IMG/VR virus record: IMGVR_UViG_3300045988_171858
DNA: 64,000 bases
Source: a virus
Reading direction: 5' to 3' (one strand)
Of the stretch, positions 7,254 through 15,743 are shown in pieces; position 1 is the stretch's first letter; the number at the start of each line of letters is the position of its first letter. The position numbers were made by a program, and so were the translations under genes. Under the pieces are notes generated by a model. It was not told the origin of the DNA and searched no databases. It worked only from the letters and a program-made list of their open reading frames with translations.

Positions 7254-7622
7254 TAAACTTCCATAAGAAACGTATAATAGAGGCAAGTTTACTAAGATAA
7301 CTTCCGATTATAATAATAGATCGGCCGCGCAGGAGCGGCCCGGATAAAAGAAAAGAAACTTCCCAAAGCAAAAAGAAACTTACTGCAGATAGATAATATA
7401 ATCTATCGATACAAAGAATACTTATTACCCTATTGATGTAGATAATACATAGGCTGCTACCGCAGCCCTAAGTTACCAATAGGAAAATAAACATAGGCTT
7501 AGGATACTTACTTAAGCTTGTTGTAGTCTACAATTATATTTGATAATATTTGGAGGTAGCTTGATGCTACCTCCTATTTTATTTTGCAAGAGAAACTTAC
7601 TTAAGCAAATAATACTTACTGC
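7254..7622 (+). repeat. dispersed array of (A/T)ACTT(A/C)C motifs
   Basis: Copies on + are AAACTTCC at 7255, TAACTTCC at 7298, AAAAGAAACTTCCC at 7351, AAAAGAAACTTACT at 7371, ATACTTAT at 7418, GGATACTTACTTAAGC at 7502, AGAAACTTACTTAAGC at 7591 and AATACTTACTGC at 7611. One inverted copy (AAGTTTAC, 7285) forms an 8-bp inverted repeat with 7254-7261 around CGTATAATAG. Confidence 0.75.
7552..7585 (+). terminator. rho-independent terminator
   Basis: A 9-bp stem, GGAGGTAGC (7552-7560) with GCTACCTCC (7566-7574), has loop TTGAT and is followed by TATTTTATTTT. Confidence 0.8.
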
Positions 7623-7656
7623 TTCCTGTATTGGATGTATCCTATGGAAGCTTTTT
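7621..7656 (+). terminator. second rho-independent terminator candidate
   Basis: GCTTCC (7621-7626) pairs with GGAAGC (7646-7651), with an inner GGAT/ATCC pairing, followed by TTTTT (7652-7656). Confidence 0.55.
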
Positions 7657-7894
7657 AGAGATGTTCTGCTAAATCGTGGTTACACTGTCAGATTTAGTTC
7701 CTAGGTCATATATCCGGTTATTGCCTATGACCATGATTTAGCCTATACTAAATTATTCGATAGTAAAATAAGAATTCAGATTCTATTGCAAATTATACGG
7801 ATCTACTGTCTGCATCTATTTCCGTTTCCCTTGTTTTTAGTATTATGATGTAGTAAGAATAAGAATAATAATTTAACTCAGGATAATTAGTTCA

Positions 7895-9220
7895 ATGGCT
7901 ATTCCAAATAAAGAAATCCAAGAAATGTTCGACTTATCTGCAGGTATTATCTCTGCTCATGAAATGAGGGAAAAAGAGAAAACTAAGACCAAAACAGAAG
8001 TTGAAAAAACAGTATCTATGATACAAGAAAAAGAATCCAAATCTATTCCGATTCTATTTTCAGCTAGAGGCATCAAAGTTGCTGACAATAAGATTACAAG
8101 AGCTAGATACCTAGATGCTCTATCTCTAGATAACAAATTATACGAAAGTATTGTTCTTACTGAATCTGAAGCATTGGCATTCAGTACAAGTCTACGCCGT
8201 TCTACAGATGGTGGTATTTCCACTTACTCACCTATGATTTGCAGAGGTTCAAACTGCAAAGTAAAAGAGACATGCTTAACTGGTGATGCAATGGTCTCTA
8301 TGCACGACGGTAAACAAGTAAGAATCGACCGTATTAAAAGCGGCGATAAAATCATTTCATTCAATACGAGAACAAAACGTATTGAGCAAGACACTGTATA
8401 TGCAACGGCATATGTTGGCGAAGAGTTGGTGTATGAAATTACCACTACCGCCGGCCATTGCATTAAGGCAACATCAAACCATCCGTTCTTTGCAATAAAA
8501 GGACGAGGTTCAAAATTCAAGTTCTTATCAATCGATGATGGACTTACAGTAGGCAGCAAGCTAGTGTATGAAGACCTATTCAGCGAAGAAGAGAATTCAT
8601 ATGGAGACTGCCTAATTACCAAGATCGAATCCATAGAGACTGTTGGTGTTCTTCCAGTCTATGATATTCAGGTCTTTAAAAACTCTAATTTCTTTGCAGA
8701 AGGGCTACTTGTCCATAACTGCCAGTTGCATAAGATGAACAAGGCCCCGGTGGGAGCTCCGTGTATTTATGAACAGGATTACTTGCGCAGCCAGACGGAA
8801 AGGTACTTCGAAGAGTTTAATGTTCAACCAGACAGCCCGACGGAAATGCAGATGGTTGCAGAACTCGCAGAAATCGACCTCTATGAAAGGAGAGTTACCC
8901 AAATCCTCTCATTGACCCACCAAGACTTTAGCCAAGAAGACCTGATGGGTTTTGATGCCGGCGGTAATATGATTGCCCGTGATGATATTTCAAGGTATCT
9001 AAACATCAAAGAGAAACTGAAGAACAGAAGAAGCAAACTTCTAGAATCACTAATGGCGACGAGGAAAGAACGTGCTAAGATTGCTGTTCAGGCATCTGGC
9101 GCAGGTGTCGGAAACGGAAGTCAGTCACTCAAAGATAAACTTGATATGCTTACTGCTGCAACACGAGGACAGTATAGAGACCCATCAGTGATAAATGGTT
9201 CGAAAAATGACACAAACTAA
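7895..9220 (+). CDS. Cys-rich hypothetical protein interrupted by a mini-intein (small-terminase or DNA-binding role is only a positional guess)
   Basis: 441-aa ORF. The exteins (126 + 166 aa) join as ...ICRGSNCKVKET|CQLHKMNKAPVGAPCIYE..., a 4-Cys cluster. The C-terminal part is charged and helical. It is the first gene of the block that leads to terL. Confidence 0.85.
   Translation: MAIPNKEIQEMFDLSAGIISAHEMREKEKTKTKTEVEKTVSMIQEKESKSIPILFSARGIKVADNKITRARYLDALSLDNKLYESIVLTESEALAFSTSLRRSTDGGISTYSPMICRGSNCKVKETCLTGDAMVSMHDGKQVRIDRIKSGDKIISFNTRTKRIEQDTVYATAYVGEELVYEITTTAGHCIKATSNHPFFAIKGRGSKFKFLSIDDGLTVGSKLVYEDLFSEEENSYGDCLITKIESIETVGVLPVYDIQVFKNSNFFAEGLLVHNCQLHKMNKAPVGAPCIYEQDYLRSQTERYFEEFNVQPDSPTEMQMVAELAEIDLYERRVTQILSLTHQDFSQEDLMGFDAGGNMIARDDISRYLNIKEKLKNRRSKLLESLMATRKERAKIAVQASGAGVGNGSQSLKDKLDMLTAATRGQYRDPSVINGSKNDTN
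8273..8719 (+). mobile_element. class-1 mini-intein (149 aa, no homing-endonuclease domain)
   Basis: Block A is CLTGDAMV with Cys1 at 8273-8275. Block B is ATSNHPFF (TxxH). Block F is VYDIQVFKNSNFFAEG. Block G is LLVHN followed by the +1 Cys (8720-8722). The element is in frame with the host ORF. Confidence 0.9.
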
Positions 9221-9722
9221 AAAGGTCACCAATAAGGTCAAGCGTAGTAAAAAGAGAAGCTTGCCAAAGCCTAAGAATACAAAAGAAGAGCATATTAAAA
9301 AGAACGGCGCCTATTTTAATAAGGGCAAGAAGTACCGCTCTGGGAAATACTTCTCCATAAAGGCCGGTAGAGAGATTGAGTACCGCAGCCTATACGAATA
9401 CGCGTTCTATAAAGGCATGGATTCTGACAATAGTGTTATCAAATATATTGTAGAGCCAATGAAGATTCCATATACAGACAGCTCTGGACTAAGAAGAAAC
9501 TACATCCCCGACGTATTGGTCCTATATACAACAGGCGAAGTAGAGCTGTGTGAAATCAAACCATCATCGGCAAAGAAAGCAATAAACGTACAGCTAAAAG
9601 CAAGGGCGGCAGTTGCATTCTTGAAAGACAACAGAATCAATGCCAAATATAGATTCATTACAGAAAAAGAAATCTTCGAGAAAGATGGCGACTACCGTAA
9701 ACTGCTCAAGGAAGTAAAATGA
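9195..9722 (+). CDS. TnsA-N-like PD-(D/E)XK nuclease
   Basis: 175 aa with a basic N-terminus. The motifs SLYEYAF ... YIPDVLVLYTTGEVELCEIKP fit the E...PD...(E/Q)xK pattern of TnsA/restriction-fold nucleases. It overlaps the end of the intein host gene by 26 nt. Confidence 0.6.
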   Translation: MVRKMTQTKKVTNKVKRSKKRSLPKPKNTKEEHIKKNGAYFNKGKKYRSGKYFSIKAGREIEYRSLYEYAFYKGMDSDNSVIKYIVEPMKIPYTDSSGLRRNYIPDVLVLYTTGEVELCEIKPSSAKKAINVQLKARAAVAFLKDNRINAKYRFITEKEIFEKDGDYRKLLKEVK

Positions 9723-11407
9723 AACCATTTAGCAACGTTGTCTCACTTGACTTTGAAACAACCTCTACAAATCCGGAGGAAAGGATTAAAGACGTCAGAG
9801 ACGGCGTTGTTAAGTCCAGGCATAAAGCCAGGATATGGTCAGTAGGTTTAGCAACAAGAAGTGACGGCTCTGAGGCTATATTTAACCCATCACAAGAACA
9901 ACTGCAATCCGAGAAGATTGCATTGAATAGGAGAGGGTTCTACGCCCAAAACCAGGAGTGGCAAACATATGTATCAGGGCAAAAGAAACCTTCATCAGCA
10001 GAACTCCTGTTTGAAGCATCCGATAGGGCTATTTTAAAGCACCTGGATGACAGCTTGACGTTTGGCAACTCAGGAATGATCCTTGTACAAAACCTTGGAT
10101 TTGAACGTTCATTCTATGCAAGCCTTGAAGGCTCTTCATCGTCAAGATTGATGAATCAGATGTATGAGCGTTCTCCGGATGGCCAAACAAAACTGTATTC
10201 GCCGTCGGAGGTAGTAAAAGCAAGGGCCGCCGCCAAGGACGCTAAAACGCTCTCAGATTTAGATGCGGCTATGGACAAGGTAATGGCTGCCTACGAGAAA
10301 GTAGACGCATCTGTGATGAAATATGACGCAGAGAGAGCTACTAAGGGCGGACTGCCAATATTCTATGCGGCTGACCTTATGGATTTCACTAAAGCAACAT
10401 TCGTTAAGGCTGCTGCACAAGGCCATATTCCGGAAATGTACAAGGAAATGGGTCATAATGTAGATTTCCTTGCAAGCATGTTCTTGGGCGAAAAAGAGAC
10501 ACACGGCGCCTTATCAGATGCGAACCAACAGATTAGACTCTTTGATAAAATAATCGGCATAAGGCAAGAGCTAATTGCTGGCAATATTTCAGATGAAACA
10601 ACCGGTATCTTCAATAAGATGAAGACGGCATCTGGCATTGTTCGGGAAATACAGGCTGCAAAATCAATCATATCAAATATAGAAAAGTTCAAAGAGTCGG
10701 GCACTTGGGATTCTAAACAAAGAATAGATACAGTACAGGTTCCATTTGTAAACTCTTTAACAGGGAAAACCGGACACATAGAGACTCCAAGATTCTCCAG
10801 GGATGTTTCCAATGAGAGAGGATTGGCCAACTTCCTAACGATGTCAAAAGAGAGATATGGTAACACCCAGGCATATGCAGACCTGGAAAATATAATCAAG
10901 TCGGCACAAGGCAATCATGAAGTTGCACAGGAACTGTTGCGTAATCCCGACTCAACCGCAAAAATAGGTGCAGCCAATATTGATAACGGCGAGCTCCTTA
11001 GAAAGATTATTAGCGGCGAGGAATTATCAAACGAAGAGTTGCTAAAAATACGCAACACTAATATCTCTCACGGTTCAGAGCTTTCACTGTCTCAATTTAC
11101 AAAAGATTCATACAATAAAATACGTAATAGCCATGAAGCACTTAAATCAATCCTCCCTGAAAGTCACAGGGTTGGGATACCGGCAGTCGGGTTAGCAGCG
11201 GCGGGCAGCCTACTATACATGATGGCCGACTCTTTTGATGATGACATGAGAGTTAGGAAACTAAAAGACAGACAGGAAAGATTAGACTTCAACCAATATA
11301 ATGACCCTACTTTCAACAAATTCTCCGCATTGGATTATTCAATGGTAGCACCAGCAGGGTACATGGAAGCACAATATAGAGATTCAAGGAGGGCACATGA
11401 GTATTGA
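9719..11407 (+). CDS. DEDDh (DnaQ-like) 3'-5' exonuclease domain protein with long C-terminal extension and TM-like segment
   Basis: Exo I is VVSLDFETT, an Exo II-like motif is ILVQNLGFERSF, and Exo III is HGALSDANQQIRLFD (H-x4-D). The C-terminal hydrophobic segment is IPAVGLAAAGSLLYMM. Confidence 0.65.
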   Translation: MKPFSNVVSLDFETTSTNPEERIKDVRDGVVKSRHKARIWSVGLATRSDGSEAIFNPSQEQLQSEKIALNRRGFYAQNQEWQTYVSGQKKPSSAELLFEASDRAILKHLDDSLTFGNSGMILVQNLGFERSFYASLEGSSSSRLMNQMYERSPDGQTKLYSPSEVVKARAAAKDAKTLSDLDAAMDKVMAAYEKVDASVMKYDAERATKGGLPIFYAADLMDFTKATFVKAAAQGHIPEMYKEMGHNVDFLASMFLGEKETHGALSDANQQIRLFDKIIGIRQELIAGNISDETTGIFNKMKTASGIVREIQAAKSIISNIEKFKESGTWDSKQRIDTVQVPFVNSLTGKTGHIETPRFSRDVSNERGLANFLTMSKERYGNTQAYADLENIIKSAQGNHEVAQELLRNPDSTAKIGAANIDNGELLRKIISGEELSNEELLKIRNTNISHGSELSLSQFTKDSYNKIRNSHEALKSILPESHRVGIPAVGLAAAGSLLYMMADSFDDDMRVRKLKDRQERLDFNQYNDPTFNKFSALDYSMVAPAGYMEAQYRDSRRAHEY

Positions 11408-12521
11408 TAGAAGTCAACTTTGGGGTCAGGTAGCCCTAGAGTCAAAAGACGGCTTGCTGACAGGTGATAAGTCAAGATCAAAGCACGCCTCAAGGACGTC
11501 TAAACGCCTATTCGAAAACGGCCTGGGTAACGAGGACCATCCAGTAAAATGGGCATCAACCCTTTACGCTAAGAATGCAATCGAAGACTATACAGACGTT
11601 AGAAAGATGCTGGATAGTACAGATCCATTCTCAAAAGGCTCAATTGGTACAGCATTAAAAGCAGAGGCCATTACAAACTCTAGAAATAGGACGGCCGCAG
11701 AGCGAATATTTGGTGCGGCTCCAGGTTCAAGCAAATACAATTCGACACAGCCAATCAGGGGCGGCGGCATAAATAATATGTATGCCTTCAATAGCTACGA
11801 GTCATTTGTAACAGCAGGCGCAATGGACCATCTTGGTAGAGCCAGTAAATTCTTTAGAGGCTATGGCCTTCGAGATGACCTTATGAACTCTGTCGGGTTA
11901 ATGACTAAACACCAAAAGGCAATTATTTCCTCGTCTGCAACAAAAGCGACAGACAAACTGTTTACGGGTATGGCCCCAATACTTGGCGGTGTATTTGCAT
12001 TAACAGAGTCCGCAGATTATATTCTAGGGAATAAGGAATCGACGATTACAGACAACGCCGCAACTTCAGTGGCAGGCATGGCAATATCAGCTGCGGCCGG
12101 CACATACGGTTTTCGCGTTGGCAAAGAACTGACTCATGCCGGAACATCATTACTTAAGGGTGCACCGATAGTTGGTAAAATTGGCCGCGGAACAGCAGGA
12201 GAGGCCCTCGGTATGGCAGGAAGGGTTAGGGGTGCAGCCAAGCTTGCAACAGGTGCCGTAGGTGGTCTTGTGGTCGGCGGAGGGCTAATGATGGCTGCAG
12301 ACGCAGCAATAGGCCTGGCCAAAAGCATGGCAGATAGAGACAACAGGATTCTGCAACTGAGAAACTCACTATTCTCATCTACATCCGGTAATACCTCAGT
12401 TAATACATCCCAACTTGCCACAAGTAGACAAAGAGCATTCTCAAAATTGTCCAAATCCTCACTGAATGATAAGGGTTACATTCTTGGTAATGAGGCAGCT
12501 ATACTGAAAGGTATATACTAA
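11397..12521 (+). CDS. hypothetical protein with Gly/Ala-rich hydrophobic C-terminal half
   Basis: 374-aa ORF containing GAVGGLVVGGGLMMAADAAIGLA and SVAGMAISAAAGTYG. Its stop overlaps the terL start (TAATG). Confidence 0.75.
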   Translation: MSIDRSQLWGQVALESKDGLLTGDKSRSKHASRTSKRLFENGLGNEDHPVKWASTLYAKNAIEDYTDVRKMLDSTDPFSKGSIGTALKAEAITNSRNRTAAERIFGAAPGSSKYNSTQPIRGGGINNMYAFNSYESFVTAGAMDHLGRASKFFRGYGLRDDLMNSVGLMTKHQKAIISSSATKATDKLFTGMAPILGGVFALTESADYILGNKESTITDNAATSVAGMAISAAAGTYGFRVGKELTHAGTSLLKGAPIVGKIGRGTAGEALGMAGRVRGAAKLATGAVGGLVVGGGLMMAADAAIGLAKSMADRDNRILQLRNSLFSSTSGNTSVNTSQLATSRQRAFSKLSKSSLNDKGYILGNEAAILKGIY

Positions 12522-14482
12522 TGTCAGAAGAATTAGAACAAAACACTGACCATATCCGTAAGGATATAGAAGAGGACGACGATAGGAAGCCGACGTCGTC
12601 CCTTATTCAACTTTATGAAATGCCCTGGCGGGACTATCTAAAGCACAAAAATTATGATACAGATATCAATAATATGTGCAGGAACTGCCAAAGGGAACAA
12701 ATCAGAAAGTACGGAGAAATTACAATTAAATGCTCTGGGCCTAAAGATATCAGTGTCCTGGATCAAAATATTGTAGCCGATTTAAACAAAGAAGAGCTTG
12801 ACGAAATTAAGCAAGCGATGGATCCCGTATACTGGGCAGAGAAGAACATCGATGTAAACCAGCCGGACCCGACGAAACGTTTATATGTTAATAGATGGTA
12901 CCAATCTATGCAAATTAAATGTTCTGCGTCTAAAAAAGCTATCCGGTGCGGGCGGCGTTCAGGTAAATCTTACGGCCTTGGTATTGATATTTCCAACAGA
13001 CTTGTTCAAAACAGTAACTATCAGATCCTTGTAGTAACACCGTTCCTATCTCAAGCAAAAGAGCTTACAAACGTAGTCAAAAAGATTCTCCGCTCTCTTG
13101 GCGATACAATAGGTACATGGGATGACCTTGTTGAACGCTCAGTTACATCTCCGTACCAAGAGATCCAGATGAAGAATGGCTCAACATTCAAAGCGTTTAC
13201 AGCCGGTAATGACAATGCAAACGCCGTCCGCGGTCAAGGTGCACACCTTATCATCATCGACGAGGCGGACTTCCTAACCCAAGAGGCATTTGACTCCATT
13301 ACTGCCATCTTGATGGATAAACCAAATACCGAAATTATTTGTACATCCACACCGATGGGCGAGGGCCTATTGTACAAGTTCGCAAACTCAAAAGACTACA
13401 AAGAGTTCCACTTCCCATCCTTCTGTATCCCCCACTACAATGATGACATGGACAGAGAGTTCCGCAACTCATTGTCCATGATGGCATACATCCAAGAGAT
13501 CATGGCAGAATTCGGCCTTTCAGATAACTCCGTATTTGATACAGACCTCGTGAATAGAAGTACGACAATTGGAACCTCAGAATCTCTACATGATGTAATC
13601 GTCAATAGAGATAGGTATATAGTGTCTCTTGGTTGTGACTGGAACGCCGATAAGGTTGGTACACGTATTTGTGTTATTGCATACGACAAAATTGAGCGCA
13701 AGGTTATCATTGCAAATCTTTCAAATGTAAGACGAGAAGGATGGACACAGGTTGCAGCAGTAGATAAGATTGTCGAACTTAATAGACTCTATGTCCCCGA
13801 TTATATTTATGTCGACGAAGGGTTTGGTGAGGCAAACGTTCAGCAATTAAAACTTATTGCCGTAAATCTATTTGGTAAAGTACCGACGAATCATCCGGAT
13901 TTGAGATTGCGCAATGTAACGCCGGTTAACTTCTCATCGACACTTGAGCTTCGAGATGTAATGACCGGAGAAATCCGTAAAAAATACTTCAAAAACTTCA
14001 TCGTAGAAACCACCAAGCGTGCATTGGAAACTGATTTACTGGCCTTCAAGGATCCAATCTCAGCACCAATTGTAGAGCAGATGAAAAACTATATTGTTAA
14101 ATCTCGCGCTGCAAACGGAAGAGAAGTATACGAAGCTAAGAACCACGAGATTGGCGACCATGATTTAGATGCATTTATGATTGCATTGGCTGGATTGCAA
14201 TTAAATGAGGATTCAATCCTAGACACACGGCGCTATTCTAATGTTACAATATTGCCACTTGAAAAACGCGGCTCTGAAGCGTATAATAACTCGAATAAAA
14301 TAGAAAAACGCTCGTATGCAAACGAGGAAAAGTACCATCGAACAGTTCGTGTTGCCCCTGGCATTAGTCGACGTTCGTCCATAACAGGTGGACCGATGGG
14401 TGGCAGAGGTTCTTTGTCTAGAGAGACAGCCTCTACGTTTATGAATAGGTACAGAGCTACAATGAGGTCAAAACCTAGATAA
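12521..14482 (+). CDS. terL: terminase large subunit
   Basis: Walker A-like CGRRSGKSYG and Walker B-like HLIIIDEADF are present. The nuclease-domain acidic motifs are LGCDWNAD, IYVDEGFGE and HDLDAFMIAL. Length is 653 aa. Confidence 0.9.
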   Translation: MSEELEQNTDHIRKDIEEDDDRKPTSSLIQLYEMPWRDYLKHKNYDTDINNMCRNCQREQIRKYGEITIKCSGPKDISVLDQNIVADLNKEELDEIKQAMDPVYWAEKNIDVNQPDPTKRLYVNRWYQSMQIKCSASKKAIRCGRRSGKSYGLGIDISNRLVQNSNYQILVVTPFLSQAKELTNVVKKILRSLGDTIGTWDDLVERSVTSPYQEIQMKNGSTFKAFTAGNDNANAVRGQGAHLIIIDEADFLTQEAFDSITAILMDKPNTEIICTSTPMGEGLLYKFANSKDYKEFHFPSFCIPHYNDDMDREFRNSLSMMAYIQEIMAEFGLSDNSVFDTDLVNRSTTIGTSESLHDVIVNRDRYIVSLGCDWNADKVGTRICVIAYDKIERKVIIANLSNVRREGWTQVAAVDKIVELNRLYVPDYIYVDEGFGEANVQQLKLIAVNLFGKVPTNHPDLRLRNVTPVNFSSTLELRDVMTGEIRKKYFKNFIVETTKRALETDLLAFKDPISAPIVEQMKNYIVKSRAANGREVYEAKNHEIGDHDLDAFMIALAGLQLNEDSILDTRRYSNVTILPLEKRGSEAYNNSNKIEKRSYANEEKYHRTVRVAPGISRRSSITGGPMGGRGSLSRETASTFMNRYRATMRSKPR

Positions 14483-14498
14483 GAGGAATCTTCTAAAT

Positions 14499-14918
14499 AT
14501 GGATTACAATCTAATCAGGATTACTGATAGCACCGTTTTGTCGGATGCCGGTATTTGCTACTATGACCCGATAGAAGAGGTTATCAAAGAAATTGGTTCT
14601 GGATATATGATGGGGACAAATCCAACGTCCCCTGTAATCCATAAGCTGATGCTAGTAATTAAGAACGGTTCTATCAAAAAGGTCAACGTCAAAGTAGTTA
14701 AGAATAAAGAGCTAGAGGCTCTATTCGATATCAAAATTTTACCTGGGGTTTCCGCCCCAGGGCTTTCTTCCTTCGCAGAAGTCGACGCTTTTAATAGTCT
14801 TGAGATAACAGACGGGTTGCAGCCATATTCGCTAATCCCGTTTCATGTTTATATCAAAACAAAAGGTCCTATTAATGCTTTACTAAATGCACCATTGGAG
14901 CTTACCTATGAGTTCTAG
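14499..14918 (+). CDS. hypothetical protein
   Basis: 139-aa ORF with GAGGAA upstream. Confidence 0.7.
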   Translation: MDYNLIRITDSTVLSDAGICYYDPIEEVIKEIGSGYMMGTNPTSPVIHKLMLVIKNGSIKKVNVKVVKNKELEALFDIKILPGVSAPGLSSFAEVDAFNSLEITDGLQPYSLIPFHVYIKTKGPINALLNAPLELTYEF

Positions 14919-15174
14919 TTTTACGGTAAAAGAAGTAAGCTCAATCCTAGAGGAGCTGGTTGTAGCTAAATCAGAAATCCTCGGGAAGCTAAAGGACCTA
15001 AAGGTTACGGCAACGGACGATAGGGATCCTGACGTTATGACGGCAGTACGAAACCTTTATGGGGAAGATGCCATAAAAGACGGCAAGGCCTCTATTTCAT
15101 TTGAAATGGTTGCACAGTGTATTGATATCGTAAGACGTGCAGGCAAGGCAAAGGCTGCGGAGTTAATTAAATGA
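14908..15174 (+). CDS. hypothetical protein
   Basis: The ORF track starts it at 14887. I prefer the in-frame ATG at 14908 (MSSSFTVKEV...), which has GGAG 8 nt upstream. Confidence 0.65.
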   Translation: MSSSFTVKEVSSILEELVVAKSEILGKLKDLKVTATDDRDPDVMTAVRNLYGEDAIKDGKASISFEMVAQCIDIVRRAGKAKAAELIK

Positions 15175-15743
15175 TTGAGTTATGGGGCTCACAGAGTCAA
15201 AATACAATTGTTGACCAACAAAGGGCAGAGTTGTATATGAGGCTTTTCCAGTATGCCTCATCTGATTTCACAAACAATCAGGATATCAAAGTATTTGTAG
15301 AAGATGTTATAAGGTGGGCAAAATCTGTTGAAGACAGAATGAAGAAGCTTGAGCAAGACCTAAATGCTCATACTCATCAGATACCGGCACATACACATCA
15401 GGTTCCTCCTCATACTCATCAGATATTGCCTCATACTCATCCGACGGCTTGGGGTCCAAGTGGCCCTAATGTCCCCACCTCAACAGATACGGGAACATTA
15501 AAGACTACAGGTGTTAATGAGGTTTTTGATTCCATTAAGCCAACGCAAGAACTTAAATGGACCGAGGGGGAAATCCCAAAGATGTATCAAAATACGTCTG
15601 GCGCTACCACTAATCTTAACAATAAAGTAACAGCAGGCGCCGGGGTTATAGGTGATGTAGCCGTTCATCAGAGACGTTCTACGCCTCTTGCAAAAGCAGC
15701 GGCGCCGAATATCCCCCCGTATTTACTACCAACACCGCTATAG
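15171..15743 (+). CDS. fibre-like protein with four HTHQ (HxH) heptad repeats
   Basis: A coiled-coil-like segment (VEDRMKKLEQDLN) is followed by AHTHQIP AHTHQVP PHTHQIL PHTHPTA, four 21-nt units at 15366-15449. HxH repeats are known metal-binding motifs in trimeric phage fibres. Confidence 0.45.
   Translation: MIELWGSQSQNTIVDQQRAELYMRLFQYASSDFTNNQDIKVFVEDVIRWAKSVEDRMKKLEQDLNAHTHQIPAHTHQVPPHTHQILPHTHPTAWGPSGPNVPTSTDTGTLKTTGVNEVFDSIKPTQELKWTEGEIPKMYQNTSGATTNLNNKVTAGAGVIGDVAVHQRRSTPLAKAAAPNIPPYLLPTPL

Larger units (their letters stand above)
6625..7585 (+). ncRNA. candidate long non-coding transcript (class unknown)
   Basis: It is bounded by the consensus promoter and the strong terminator at 7552-7585. 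Only two ORFs of 72-73 aa lie here, neither with an RBS. Hairpins include a GAAA tetraloop (ATACC-GAAA-GGTAT, 7006-7019) and 8-bp stems at 7166-7187 and 7186-7214. Confidence 0.35.

Noticed and set aside
6625-7585. Possibility that the promoter-proximal non-coding stretch is a group I or group II intron, or a retron/OMEGA-type guide RNA.
   Set aside because: The stretch has no flanking exon reading frames, and no reverse transcriptase, IscB/TnpB or maturase gene lies nearby. I could not identify the conserved intron core elements by eye, so I kept it only as an unclassified ncRNA candidate.
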